Notes: a model not told the origin generated them from the letters alone. Counted from the stretch's first letter, positions 52,852 through 64,000 are shown. The stretch is DNA of 64,000 nucleotides from Nemertoderma westbladi (GCA_032718475.1 JAUCBJ010008354.1:124001-188000), one strand, 5' to 3'. A program made the numbers and translations.

Positions 52852-54983
52852 ATAACGGATATTTAGTCTGTATTGCAGTGTAGGCACTAAATGCAGTTTA
52901 ATATTGTTCTGGTAAAGAACAATAACGGATATAGCTTCTGTATTGCAGTAGGCAATAAAGCTGAAGTACCGGCAACCGGTACCCAGTAGGCCTGCCTACC
53001 TAACCACCCGGACCGGTACCTACAGCAGTACAGGTACAGCAGTATTATTCGATTTTGATAATTATATACCGGTAGGCCTTAATAATTAATCAGGGACTGC
53101 AGCCCTGGTTTTTTATTGAGATTTTTACTTATTTCTGTCAAGTTTTATTTGTTTGTAGGCCAGTATTGAACAGAAGGCGTGTAAGCCTGATCATATTGTA
53201 TAGATAATTTGTAGGCTAGATAGTTGTCTGATTGTTGTTAAGTCTGAATGGATTGCAGTGTGTGTAGATCACCTGTCCGATAAAGAACGGTTAGGAAGTA
53301 GGGGCAGCCAAAGCTGTAAGGTAAACCCCCATCTAAAGAATAAGTCGTACTACTGGGTTAGAACGCATACTACCTAATCATTTCGGAGTCTGCATGTCCT
53401 GTAGTTTATTTAGGCTTGAGAGTAGTCTGCCATCGTTTAGTCTGTACTTTGTTTGTGTAGTCTGTACAGGTAGCGTATAATATTTATTTAGATAATTTGT
53501 AGGCTGGATAGTTGTCTGGCTGTTATTAGGTCTGAACGGATTGCAGTGTGTGCAAAGCATCTGTCCGATAAAGAACGGTTAGGAAGAAGGGGCAGCCATC
53601 GCTGTAAGGTAAACCCCCATCTAAAGAATAAGTCGTACTACTGGGTTAGAACGCATACTACTTAATCATTTCGGAGTCTGCATATACCGTAGTTTGTTTA
53701 GGCTTGATAGTAGTCTGTCAGTATTTGGTCTGCATTTTGTTTGAGTAGTTTGTACGCGTAGCGTAATATTTATTATTCAGAGTTTATGCGATTATTCGCA
53801 ACATTCATATTCCCCAAGTTTGTTCCTACAGTAATTGTGTTTGTTATACATACCGCTATAGTTAAATTAACCCCGGTACTACACGGGCTGCTTGGCGTAG
53901 GTAAAGACTGGTGATTTTGTGCACCGGTCACTCCAGCAGATGCCGTGGTTCTTTTAGCTGTTCAAGTATATTTAACTACTGATTATATGTTGTACCAGTA
54001 CTTGTACCTAATTTAGGGTTTAGTGTACAGTGCTTTCCGAGGTAATTAGTGTGTAGGCAGTATATTTGTGTTGTAAAGTGGTTAATAGGCACGCTGGATC
54101 TGGTAGTCCGCGGTAATTAACTTCCAGGTAGGAACACTCCGTGATACATAACGTAGTACCTATTGTTTGTTAGGCTGGTTTGTAGACTTCTTGTAAAATT
54201 ACCCTGAAAATTCGTATTTTGAGTTTTTTGTAAATTTTTGTGTTTATTTAGAGATTGTAATCTCACCCGAATTGTACGTAATTTGTAGTATTAAGTAACT
54301 TAGGTAAATTAGCATTATTTGTTTTAGTGTCCTATAAGTAACACTTCACTGAAAGCGCACCGCTTTGTGTAGTGATTACTCCCCAGAAATAATAACATTT
54401 ATTTCAAACATTGACAAAACCCATTAAAACGGGTATATATATATTATAAATCAACTCAAACGATTTATAAATAGTAGGCCTGCCATACAACAATTAGGTC
54501 TCAATATCAGTTGGACTACTGCTCAAATAGCGGTAATAAAGTAAGTAAAGTAACCAAGTAACCCTAAAATTCAGAAATTCAATTATTTAAAATAATTGAT
54601 ATACCGGTATTTACGATAGGCCTATTATCTTTATTTCTATAAGTTTCGGCTGAAATTATACCGGTACTGGTAATTAATTCTAGTCCAGAATTATATATAC
54701 TATAAACTGTAAGCTGTATACCGGTATTCCCAATAGGCCTATTATATATTTATATATATTTGTGCTAAAATTATACCGGTATTCTGTGATAAACCTAGTC
54801 TGTAATAATACTTATATAGTTATATATACTATAAAAGCATACCGGTATTCTAATATATTATATATATTACGCTACACTGAGTAGTAGTATCGGTAATTAA
54901 TTACTAGGCTAGCAGTTAATACTGAATTACTAGACTTGCTTAGACTGTAATCTAGCAGTAGGCATTCAACTGTACACATAAAC

Positions 54984-57900
54984 ATGTCTGATACTAAGCA
55001 GAACCTGTCAGACAGTTTATTAGATGTAACTATCTGTGACTCAGATAGAGGTGTAGAACCGTCTAGACCTAAGTTCAGTTCACCTCCTACTGTGAGGAAG
55101 GTCATCCCTCCTGTAGTAATAACTGAACCTAGGCTGGTCCAACATCGTAGGTCTATCATAGGCACTCGAGCTCAGGTCAAGCGGGACCAAGAAGCAGCAG
55201 AACAGCAACAACCCGCGAGCCAAGAACTTATTTCTCAACGACCCAACAGCTCCAGTAGTGAGGATACTGTAGAGCTGACACCCGAGCGCGGAGCAAAGAT
55301 GACGGATGCGGTTTATTCGGATCCCCTTCTCATCCTTCCTGCAGCCGTACTCACTAGGTTATTGATCGCTGTGGAAGAACACTAGATCGATTGGGCGAGA
55401 AGTCAACGATCAACTAAAGATAGTTATGCGGGATACACGAGGGAAGAACTGAAGTCTATTGTCGAGTCGCAATGGAACTTCCCCGGACCCGGACTCCCGT
55501 TTGATTTATCAGAAGCTGCCTGGGAAGACATACACCGGATGGGAGTAGCCAAGGAAACCATCGATCCTGCTGTGTGGAAGAGGTCCGCAGCCGGATACGC
55601 ACAGGGATTCTTCAGCTCTATGGAGCGAGTAGAAAAACAACTGTTACAACAACCTCAAGGACCTCAAGAGCAGGGACAACTGCTTTATCAAGTTAGAGAA
55701 AGAATTCTGCGAATCAGGCTAATATTATCAGCCTTTGAAGAGGCTTCTAAAAGAAGACAAGACACGTCGTTGCAAGTTGCCGTAAAGACTTGGTTTCAAC
55801 GGGTGAGTCGCCAGGTTCAAGGAACAGCTCAGTGGAAAGCTCAGCTGGAGGAGCACTCAACCCATGGAGAATCAACAGACGCTACTTTTTCCCAAGTGGA
55901 AAGTGAAGCGACGGCAGAGAAGCCGCATAAGAGGGATGCCATTGACATCTATCTGTCAGACTATCAACGTTTTTTAGGTGATGACGAGTTGAGGAGAAGG
56001 TTAGAAGGGCTTAGCCCTAATAGTGAAGGAACCAAGCTTGTGCTGGACGCAATCGATGTGGAAATGAGGGCTGCGAACCAGGCTAAATTTGATGAACAAC
56101 TCCGCATCACACGAGTCCAAGAAGAGCAAGTAAAGAAAAAACGTATAGAAGACAGAAAGATAGCAGCAGTGGCAGAGGCAGAAAGAAAAGCGACCTTGGC
56201 AGAAGCAGCGGCAGAGGCAAAAGCTGCAGCAGCAGAAGCAGCGGCAGAGGCAAAAGCGGCAGCGGCAGAGGCAAAAGCGGCAGCGGTGGCGGAAGCAGAA
56301 CGGAGAGCGGCTGAAGAGATCACCCAATTAGAATTGGAAAATATTCAGGAGAATCAAGACTGCATAAATAAACAGTTAACAGCTAGTAATATGCAGATGA
56401 TGAATCGATCTACTCCCAAAAGACAGGGATATACATCATCTGAGGAAGGCGATACCACCGATACTGAAGGCAAAGGAAATAGATCTCGTCTAAGCAGACG
56501 TAGAAGAACATCCCACCGTCATAAATTGCCTGATTTGCCTCCAGCTGTTAGAAGGCAACTAAATAACACCAACTTAGGTAGTACAGAACCCATAGACCAG
56601 GTGGTTAAAATAGAAAGACTCCCTACTATAGTAGATGAGCCTGAAATAATTAGGCCTGTTCTTGAAATCACCCCTTCGGTGATAGACACACCTGTGCTCC
56701 CTGAAGTTACCTCTAAATTCCCTCTGCACAGTACTAAGCTATCTGTGCCCAGTAGAACAGCCCATGAGACAGTTCAGGTCCTGGACCCCGAGCGAAATAT
56801 TCATGATTTGTCGCCCGTTGTCCCTCGTCCGCCCGCTACAACGTTGGCGACTCCCGCTTCGGCGGTCGAATGGGTGGACGAGAGACGGCGGGGGATGGAT
56901 CTCCTGCTCGGGCAGATGCAGGAGACTGTTCAGCAATTCAAGGGCACAGTAAGGGAAAGTAGGCTAGAGTTGCAAGAAGTGCAGCAAAGTATCGCGCTAG
57001 AACGCGATAAATTAGTAAATACACAAAGGGGTATACCACCACCCTCGGTAACAATGTGTCAACCTGTTAGGTCTGAAGTATCTCATGCGCAAGGTGTGGA
57101 GCCTACACGCATATATACTGCTAGCGAAGTAGAAACTCCTATAGTGAACCCTATTAAGGGTAATTATAGACCTGTTGATAATGACATTCCCTATAGACCT
57201 GATCATAATCCGAGACATTTATATACCGATAACTCGATATTAAATAACACGATGGCCCAAGAAAGTTTTACGCGTCAAATGGCTAGAACCGAAGCCCGGC
57301 AAGCGGTGAAGGTGGGAGAGATCGTCAAGTTCAATGGAGATGAGATGAAATGGTTATCTTTTAATGAATATTACAAAGATAACATACAGAACTCTGTACT
57401 ATCTAATGGAGAGAAACTTAGATTCCTCATCGAGTGCTTGGAAGGATCTCCCAAGTTAATGGCGTTAAAGTTTATTGGACATCCAGACGGATTAAGACAA
57501 GTTTGGGATACACTAAACATCAGGTATGGTAATAGGAATAACATAGCTGGGTATTTGTATGCAAAGTTGGTAGCGCCCCGAAAGTTTATTAGCAGCGGGA
57601 TTATAGAGTTTTCCGATGAAATTCAGGAGATCTGCAGACAATTAGATTGGCTAGGTAAGTCTCATGAGTATCAGAGTGCTATGGTTATTAGAGCAGTGGC
57701 CTCTACTTTACCGAAGGGTGGAGTAGGTACACGCTGGGACAAGAAAGTGTTATACATGATGGAACAACAACAACGAGACCCTACCATGACTGATCTCATG
57801 ACATTCTTGGATGGCGAAGTGAAATTACAGCTCATAAAGCAGTCCAGAGAGAAGACATCGGAAAACAAGGTAAGTGAGAAACCCGTCTCCAGAAGAAAGG

Positions 57901-58583
57901 TAACACCAGTGTGTTATACCGACGACGGCGAAAGCCAAGCTTCCCAAGGGGAGGATAGCGGGAAAGACACTGAAAGATCTTATTATGTCAATAAAACACC
58001 TAACGAACAGGGAAGTAAATTTAAGTCTCGATCCAATGACAGGAGAGAACAGGTAAGAAAAACTCCTCCTACGTCTCCCAAGAGAATTCAGGTGAGAAAG
58101 CCCGAGGAAAGAACGAATGTGCACCACACAGCACAGGTTAAAGTAAGTAACATCAAACCCAAATGTGTGCTGTGCGACGGGCCCCACCGCTTGAATATGT
58201 GCGATGAATTCTTAAAGAAATCATTAAAAGAGAGACGGGAAGTCATGTGGGATAAGCGGTTGTGTTATAATTGCCTCAGACAAGGACACCAACGGCGAAC
58301 CTGTTACTCTGACATAAGGTGTGCAAAGTGTGGTGCGAAACATCATATCTTGTTGCACACTGAATTCGAACGAAACAGCTCGAGTCAGGTAAGTGAGTCC
58401 GAACTACATGTCCAATTCAGTGATGTGAACGACACTGACCAAAGTTCTGAGATGGAAGGATTCTATACGGACGAATTCTCCGACCAAAACGAATCCTGTT
58501 ACCTAATAAACACCACCGCAGTGTATCGAGCACTCGTGCATGAGAAAGACACAGACAGCGACCTTACCTTAACTACTTCTGAT
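54984..58583 (+). pseudogene. gag of copy D (5' exon); one TAG at 55383-55385
   Basis: ORFs 54984-55385 and 55539-58589 are in one frame and very similar to A gag. Confidence 0.9.
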
Positions 58584-59853
58584 GCCTAAGGAGGTGAGGT
58601 CTCTATAGGGGTGTCAGAAACAGGCGGCAGCAGACTCGTGAGGGTCTGGGGGCACGTTAAATCGTAGTTATAGTGCAAGGGAGTAACTGAAGGCCCTCGT
58701 GTCTTGCGAACCATGAATCAACATGGTGCCGTGGTACCGTCTAGTTGGCCTGTTGCCGTACTGCCAGTCCTGTACACAGTAGGGGTGGTGGCTTAGTGTG
58801 ATCTGTGGTTTATGTGGTTTATGTGGTAGGTCTATGTTTGGTATGTATGAGTTGACCAGACTCTGTACTGTCTCCGATCGGTTGCCAAAACGTGTTTTTT
58901 CCCAGGGTAGCACTATTGGAATGGAGGTGTTGCATCGGAATGGACAGGTTCTGATGATTCTGTTGGTACTACTATTGGAATGGAGGTGGCACCCGGAATA
59001 TCGGCTGCAAGGAGGGGTTGGTGTTGTAGTGTGGTCCGAGTGAATGATACTCTGGAATCTGTGGTTTGTGTGTGTACGTGGTATACGTGAGTGTATGTAT
59101 GGCCACTGCGAGTGAGTGTGGGAAACCTTGCCGGTTGGTTTAGTCGCCGCCGGTTATTAGTAGGACCATATTTTACTGCGCCCCAGCATACTTTGTGCAC
59201 ACAAAGTTATTTTACCCTGTCGGTAAAATAAAGTACTCTCGACTTTTTATTAGTCGATACAATTTTGTCCCCTCTGATTTTGTCACCGATTTTGTCTTCC
59301 CCGATTATGTCCTCTGTGTATGCGTGGTATGCGTCAGATTTTGTGTTTAACGTAGTGTACTCGATTTCGTGAGCATCTATTGAGTACACGTGTACAGTGA
59401 CTGGTAAGTGGTTACTTGTTCCTAGCTTTCGAGCTAGTCAGTATTGTTTGCGGAACCGCCTTCCCCTCAATACTGCCGGCGAGGCGGGTGAAAACGTGTC
59501 AATATTCCATGCTGGGTAGCGCAAGCCCACATGGGACAAGACCGTCGGTTTGGCTCAAGGGCGACCTTGATGCTCGATCGCTATCGACTGGTCCACCCGC
59601 CGGTTGACTCTCTGAGTTGGCTCAATGTACAGTCAGGCCACAGCAAGTTGACAGTAGCCGACCATCTGGCTACACCGACGAGTTGTGCCGGTGTGATCGG
59701 GGGATTGAAAAGTGAACCCGGGAAGCATCGGGCTACCCTCCGGCCCGGTCTGATAAAAACATCAGTCGGACTGGCCCCAAGGGTGGTGGGACAGCGTCCG
59801 CCTCATGGGTGCGCCTCGGAGTCATCGGAGAGGAGCCCAGAAGGACGCAAGCG
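58584..59853 (+). ncRNA. Group I self-splicing intron (IE-like core) inserted between gag and protease
   Basis: P1: exon TTCTGAT 58577-58583 pairs with GTCAGAA 58613-58619, U.G at the junction. P3 GGCGGGTG 59483-90 / CACCCGCC 59594-601. P4 ACG(T)GTC 59494-500 / GACCGT 59540-45. P5 TTCCATG / CATGGGA. P6 CGGT / ATCG. P7 T(C)GACTG 59584-90 / CAGTCA 59630-35. P8 59602-22. Terminal G 59853. Removal restores the sequence colinear with intron-less copies. Confidence 0.88.
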
Positions 59854-61175
59854 CAACAACCATCTTGGATGCGCCAACTTCCAATATAGGAATCCGAGAA
59901 TTTCCTGTAGTCCAGTTACGGGTCCACGGACCTCAGAAGAGCTATATAGTGAACGCCCTCCTGGACTCCGGTAGCACAGGAACATTCATCGATAAAGAAC
60001 TAGCCGAAGTCATCTTTGCTGGACAACCCAAGTTCCGAACCAAGCTAAACATGTCAGGGATCATGCAGGTTTGGAATTCTACTGTAGCTGCCGACTATTA
60101 TATAGGTGAGTTGTCCACTCCACAGGATAAACTAGGAGAATACAGTATAAGGTCAGTCAAAATGGTGGCAATAAAGAACTTCGCTACCACCCAAGTGGAA
60201 CCTTATAATTGGGACGAAGATGATCATGTCCAACAACTTAACATCCCTAGATTCGACACCGATTATCCTGGAGTACAAATATTAATCGGTCAAAACGCGC
60301 ATGAGGCGCTGGAGACATTAGAGAAACGACCTACTCAACCGCAACCACTTCAGACCTATGCGGTAAGAACTAGAGTAGGTTGGTACCTTACTGGACCTTC
60401 CCGTAGAACGCTCAGGGAAAGACTGCTTCAAGATCGCGTCTGCCAGGTGAGTGAATGGGAAGACGATACTAGTGAGGGAGACGACCCAACTGAGGGAACA
60501 CCACACTCCTCAGATAATGACAATCTTAACTCCAATGTAGATCAATGGAGATATTGCCCCAAGACGATGAATATAGCTGACATCGCTTCCAGAGGAGCAA
60601 CTCCTCAAGAACTGACAGATACTCCAGACCAGCTAGGTGAACCCGACTTCCTGAGTAAGGAGGATGAATGGCCTCCCCATCTTACTCCGACTGAGATTAG
60701 ACCAGCCAAGGGAGCGGAGAAAGTCAAACCTAAAACCCGGACGGGTGGATCGGAGTTATTTGAACCCGGGATAGATCTGTCGGTATTACATATTGCCAGG
60801 GACGACGCCGTGGATCTGGACCTCCCCACCGCGAGTGGATCCTTCATGAAGATCAGAGAGAGCGATTGGAGCTCTGGAACATCAGACGTCTCGCAGGGAC
60901 TCTCATCTATCCTGCAGGGAGCGACAGACCACTATAGCTCCTGGAATTGGCTTTGTAAGGCCGTCGTGTACTTAGAGCGATGTTTCTATCGTCACTATTC
61001 CAGGACGAAGAGGAAACCTGGAATTGTATTCGGGATGCAGCGACTCAATCACCCAGTCGGTCGTTTGTGTTTACCGGAAGGGAATGGAGGACTCTCCGGA
61101 AACTGTGGAAGGCAAGATTCTCTTCCCACGACCACCTCCCTAATCCTTCAAACATCCAGGGACTCCATAACGTAA
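59854..61175 (+). pseudogene. Protease and truncated pol remnant of copy D (3' exon)
   Basis: LLDSGS; NSN|VDQWRY junction (RT/RH deleted); YSRTK|RKPGIVF junction (integrase deleted); 1-nt deletion near 59869 relative to A/B. Confidence 0.88.
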
Positions 61176-61412
61176 CAACATATGGAGTGGGTGTGTGACT
61201 CTATTATTTTATATTATTTTATTATTTTTATATTTATGTATGTATTACTACGTAATTTTATTATAATCGTTTTATTTAACTTAGTAGAATCTTATTTAGC
61301 GATTATTTAGTAGAATAGTGCAATATATTCGTGTTTATTGCGTACGTAATTACGTATATATTATATTTAGTGCGACGGCAAGAAATAATTCTTTTCCTTC
61401 TTCCTTACTGTC

Positions 61413-62403
61413 TGTTCGCGCTTTCAGACCTTTGGCAGTTTAACCCACCAAATTAAGATGTCTTCTAGATATTAAATCGGTTTTTAGTCTTACACTAGTA
61501 GGTTTAATTATAAGGACATATATCCTTTAACCTGGCTTTTAATCGCTGCTAACTGATCATACATACTGACTGCTGAAACATTGCAAACTCATAACAATCA
61601 GTGTTTTCATTGTTGTTTTATACTGCTATTTACTGTCAGTTCTTCATAATATGGTTGATGAATTATTATATTTGGAATAACGATAAATAACCCCGAAACC
61701 CAATATTCTTGATATACCGAAGGTAAGAGAGAAAGGTTACCAATAACGATTGTGACTTATGTTAAAGTGGTTTGAAGTGAATCTAATGTTATTTGATAGA
61801 CCCTACATGAGTCAGTCTGTGTTCCTTTTATATGTGACTAAAATCAGTGAAGATTGGCAGATTAGTGTGCAGTATTGTGCAGCATTGTGTATGAGTGAGT
61901 CTGTTAAAGAAGCAATTCCTAAAGAATGCGCCATATATGTGAAATATAATTGAGCCATATCGTTGTGAGTAGTTTAAGTCATAACTCTGTTTATATAGAT
62001 AAAGCGCCACGTCCTAAAGGAACTGTTAATATTCCCGAAGGTGAATAATATTGTCAGAGATTATATAATACTGTCAGTTGAATAATACATTAGGCTTACA
62101 TAGCAATAAAATTAAACCGTCGAACCCAATCTCCCGGGAATATCCAGCGGGTGAATGATCACGCACAGATTGGTTTCGACTAGTGTAGTGAATCAAATAC
62201 TTGACATAGACTAAAAACCGATTTAATATCTAGAAGACATCTTAATTTGGTGGGTTAAACTGCCAAAGGTCTGAAAGCGCGAACATTAAAGGATATATGT
62301 CCTTATAATTAAACCTACTAGTGTAAGACTAAAAACCGATTTAATATCTAGAAGACATCTTAATTTGGTGGGTTAAACTGCCAAAGGTCTGAAAGCGCGA
62401 ACA
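61413..62403. repeat. Perfect 118-bp inverted repeat arms (61413-61530 and 62286-62403) bracketing the E LTR
   Basis: Direct reverse-complement comparison of the two arms. Confidence 0.9.
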
Positions 62404-64000
62404 TTAAAGGATATAGCTTCTTTATTGCAGTAAGCAATAAAGTTGAAAGTACCGGTCAACCGGTAAACTTGAACCGGTACTTCTGTAGGTCAGTAGGCCC
62501 AACTGCAAGAACCGGTACTGCTGTAGGCCCGTAGGTCCAACTGCCAGAACCGGTACTTCTGTAGGTCCGTAGGCCTAACTGTCCCAACCGGTACTTCCCG
62601 TATAAGTACATTAGTATTATTCGATTTGATTGTTGTATACCGGTAGGTCTTAATACTTAATCAGGGAACGGCCGCCCTGGTTTTTTATTGAGATTTTACT
62701 TATTTCTGTCAAGTTTTATTTGTTTGTAGGCCAGTATTGAACAGAAGACGTGTAAGCCTGATCAGATTGTACAGACAATTTGTAGGCTGAGCTGTTGTCT
62801 GATTGCTGTTAAGTCTGAACGGATTGCAGTGTGTGTAGATCACCTGTCCGATTAAGTACGGTTAGGAAGTAGGGGCAGCGAACGCTGTAAGGTAAACCCC
62901 CAACTAAAGAATAAGTCGTACTACTGGGTTAGAACGCATATTCCCTAATCATTTCGGAGTCTGCATGTCCTGTAGTTTATTTAGGCTTGAGAGTAGTCTG
63001 CCATCGTTTAGTCTGTACTTTGTTTGTGTAAGTCTGTACGGGTAGCGTATAATTTTATTTAGATAATTTGTAGGCTGGATAGTTGTCTGGCTGTTATTAG
63101 GTCTGAGCGGATTGCAGCGTGTGTAGATCACTTGTCCGATAAAGAACGGTTAGGAAGTAGGGGCAGCGGACGCTGTAAGGTAAACCCCCAATTAAAGAAT
63201 AAGTCGTACTACTGGGTTAGAACGCATACTACCTAATTATTTCGGAGTCTGCATATACCGTAGTTTGTTTAGGCTTGATAGTAGTCTGTCAGTATTCGGT
63301 CTGCATTTTGTTTGAGTGGTTTGTACGCGTAGCGTAATATTTATTATTCAGAGTTTATGCGATTATCCGCAACATTCATTCCCCAAGTTTGTTCCTACAA
63401 TAATTGTGTTTGTTATACATACCGCTATAGTTAAATTAACCCCGGTACTACACGGGCTGCTTGGCGTAGGTAAAGACTGGTGATTTTGTGCATCGGTCAC
63501 TCCAGCAGATGCCGTGGTTCTTTTAGCTGTTCAAGTATATTTAACTACAGATTATATGTTATACAAGTACTCGTACCTAATTTAGGGTTTAGTGTACAGT
63601 GCTTTCCGAAAGTAATTAGTGTAGGCATTATATTTGTGTTGTAAAGTGGTTGATAGGCACGTTCGATTAGCTCTATTAACTTCTAGGTAGGAACACTCCG
63701 TGATACATAACGTAGAACCTATAGCGATACGGCTATAGGTCGTCAGGCGGTGGTATTTTCCTATCTGGACAACGCAGTGTATTTACTACTACGTATTATT
63801 TTCAAATAACCGCAGTACCCTGTCCGTTGTAATAACCAGTTTTCTAACTCTTTGTTAGGCTGGTTTGTAGACTTCTTGTAAAATTACCCTAAAAATTCGT
63901 ATTTTGTGTTTTTGTAAATTTTGTGTTTATTTAGAGATTGTAATCTCAACCCGAATCGTACGTAATTTGTAGTATTAAGTAACTTAGGTAAATTAGAATC
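61413..64000 (+). mobile_element. BEL/Pao copy E: rearranged 5' LTR (61413-62403) and leader, running out of the window
   Basis: Interrupts the D 3' spacer after CTGTC; A-like LTR body 61490-62285; leader with the 288-bp duplication follows. Confidence 0.85.

Larger units (their letters stand above)
51662..61412 (+). mobile_element. BEL/Pao copy D, non-autonomous and intron-containing; 3' part displaced by copy E
   Basis: A-type 5' LTR 51662-52851, leader, gag-pro 54984-61175. Predicted TSD GTAAT (51657-51661); the other end lies outside the window. Confidence 0.92.

Noticed and set aside
58668-59607. Short ORFs inside the intron as a homing endonuclease
   Set aside because: 60-95 aa with no recognisable nuclease motif; SHHPYCV is too weak to call a His-Cys box.
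58581-59872. GATGC at 58581-85 and 59868-72 as a 5-bp TSD of an ordinary transposon insert
   Set aside because: ACAACCATCTTGG just before the second GATGC is host sequence present in A, B and C; the insert has no TIR, LTR or poly(A); the P1 and omega-G boundaries fit exactly.

Overview
Eukaryotic (probably invertebrate animal) nuclear DNA made entirely of nested mobile elements; no ordinary host gene is visible. A decayed element with a triple zinc-knuckle pseudogene and a 47-bp tandem array (1-2854) is interrupted by the left part of a Polinton/Maverick (from ~2855: RING ORF, packaging ATPase, integrase, minor-capsid-like genes). That is interrupted by a CR1/L2-group LINE (2A-like peptide, PHD, APE, start of RT). 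The LINE is hit three times by one BEL/Pao LTR-retrotransposon family: A 10161-26813, B 27487-51532 and D from 51662. Two more copies are nested inside these: C 33186-45672 in B, and E from 61413 in D. Two results stand out. (1) Copy D carries a 1270-nt insertion (58584-59853) between gag and protease with the full hallmarks of a group I self-splicing intron (P1 with U.G splice site, P3-P8 core, omega-G, exact exon rejoining). (2) The family has no tRNA primer-binding site; instead the 11-12 nt after the 5' LTR are complementary to an LTR-internal segment, with compensatory changes between subfamilies, suggesting Tf1-like self-priming. All alignments and foldings were done by eye.
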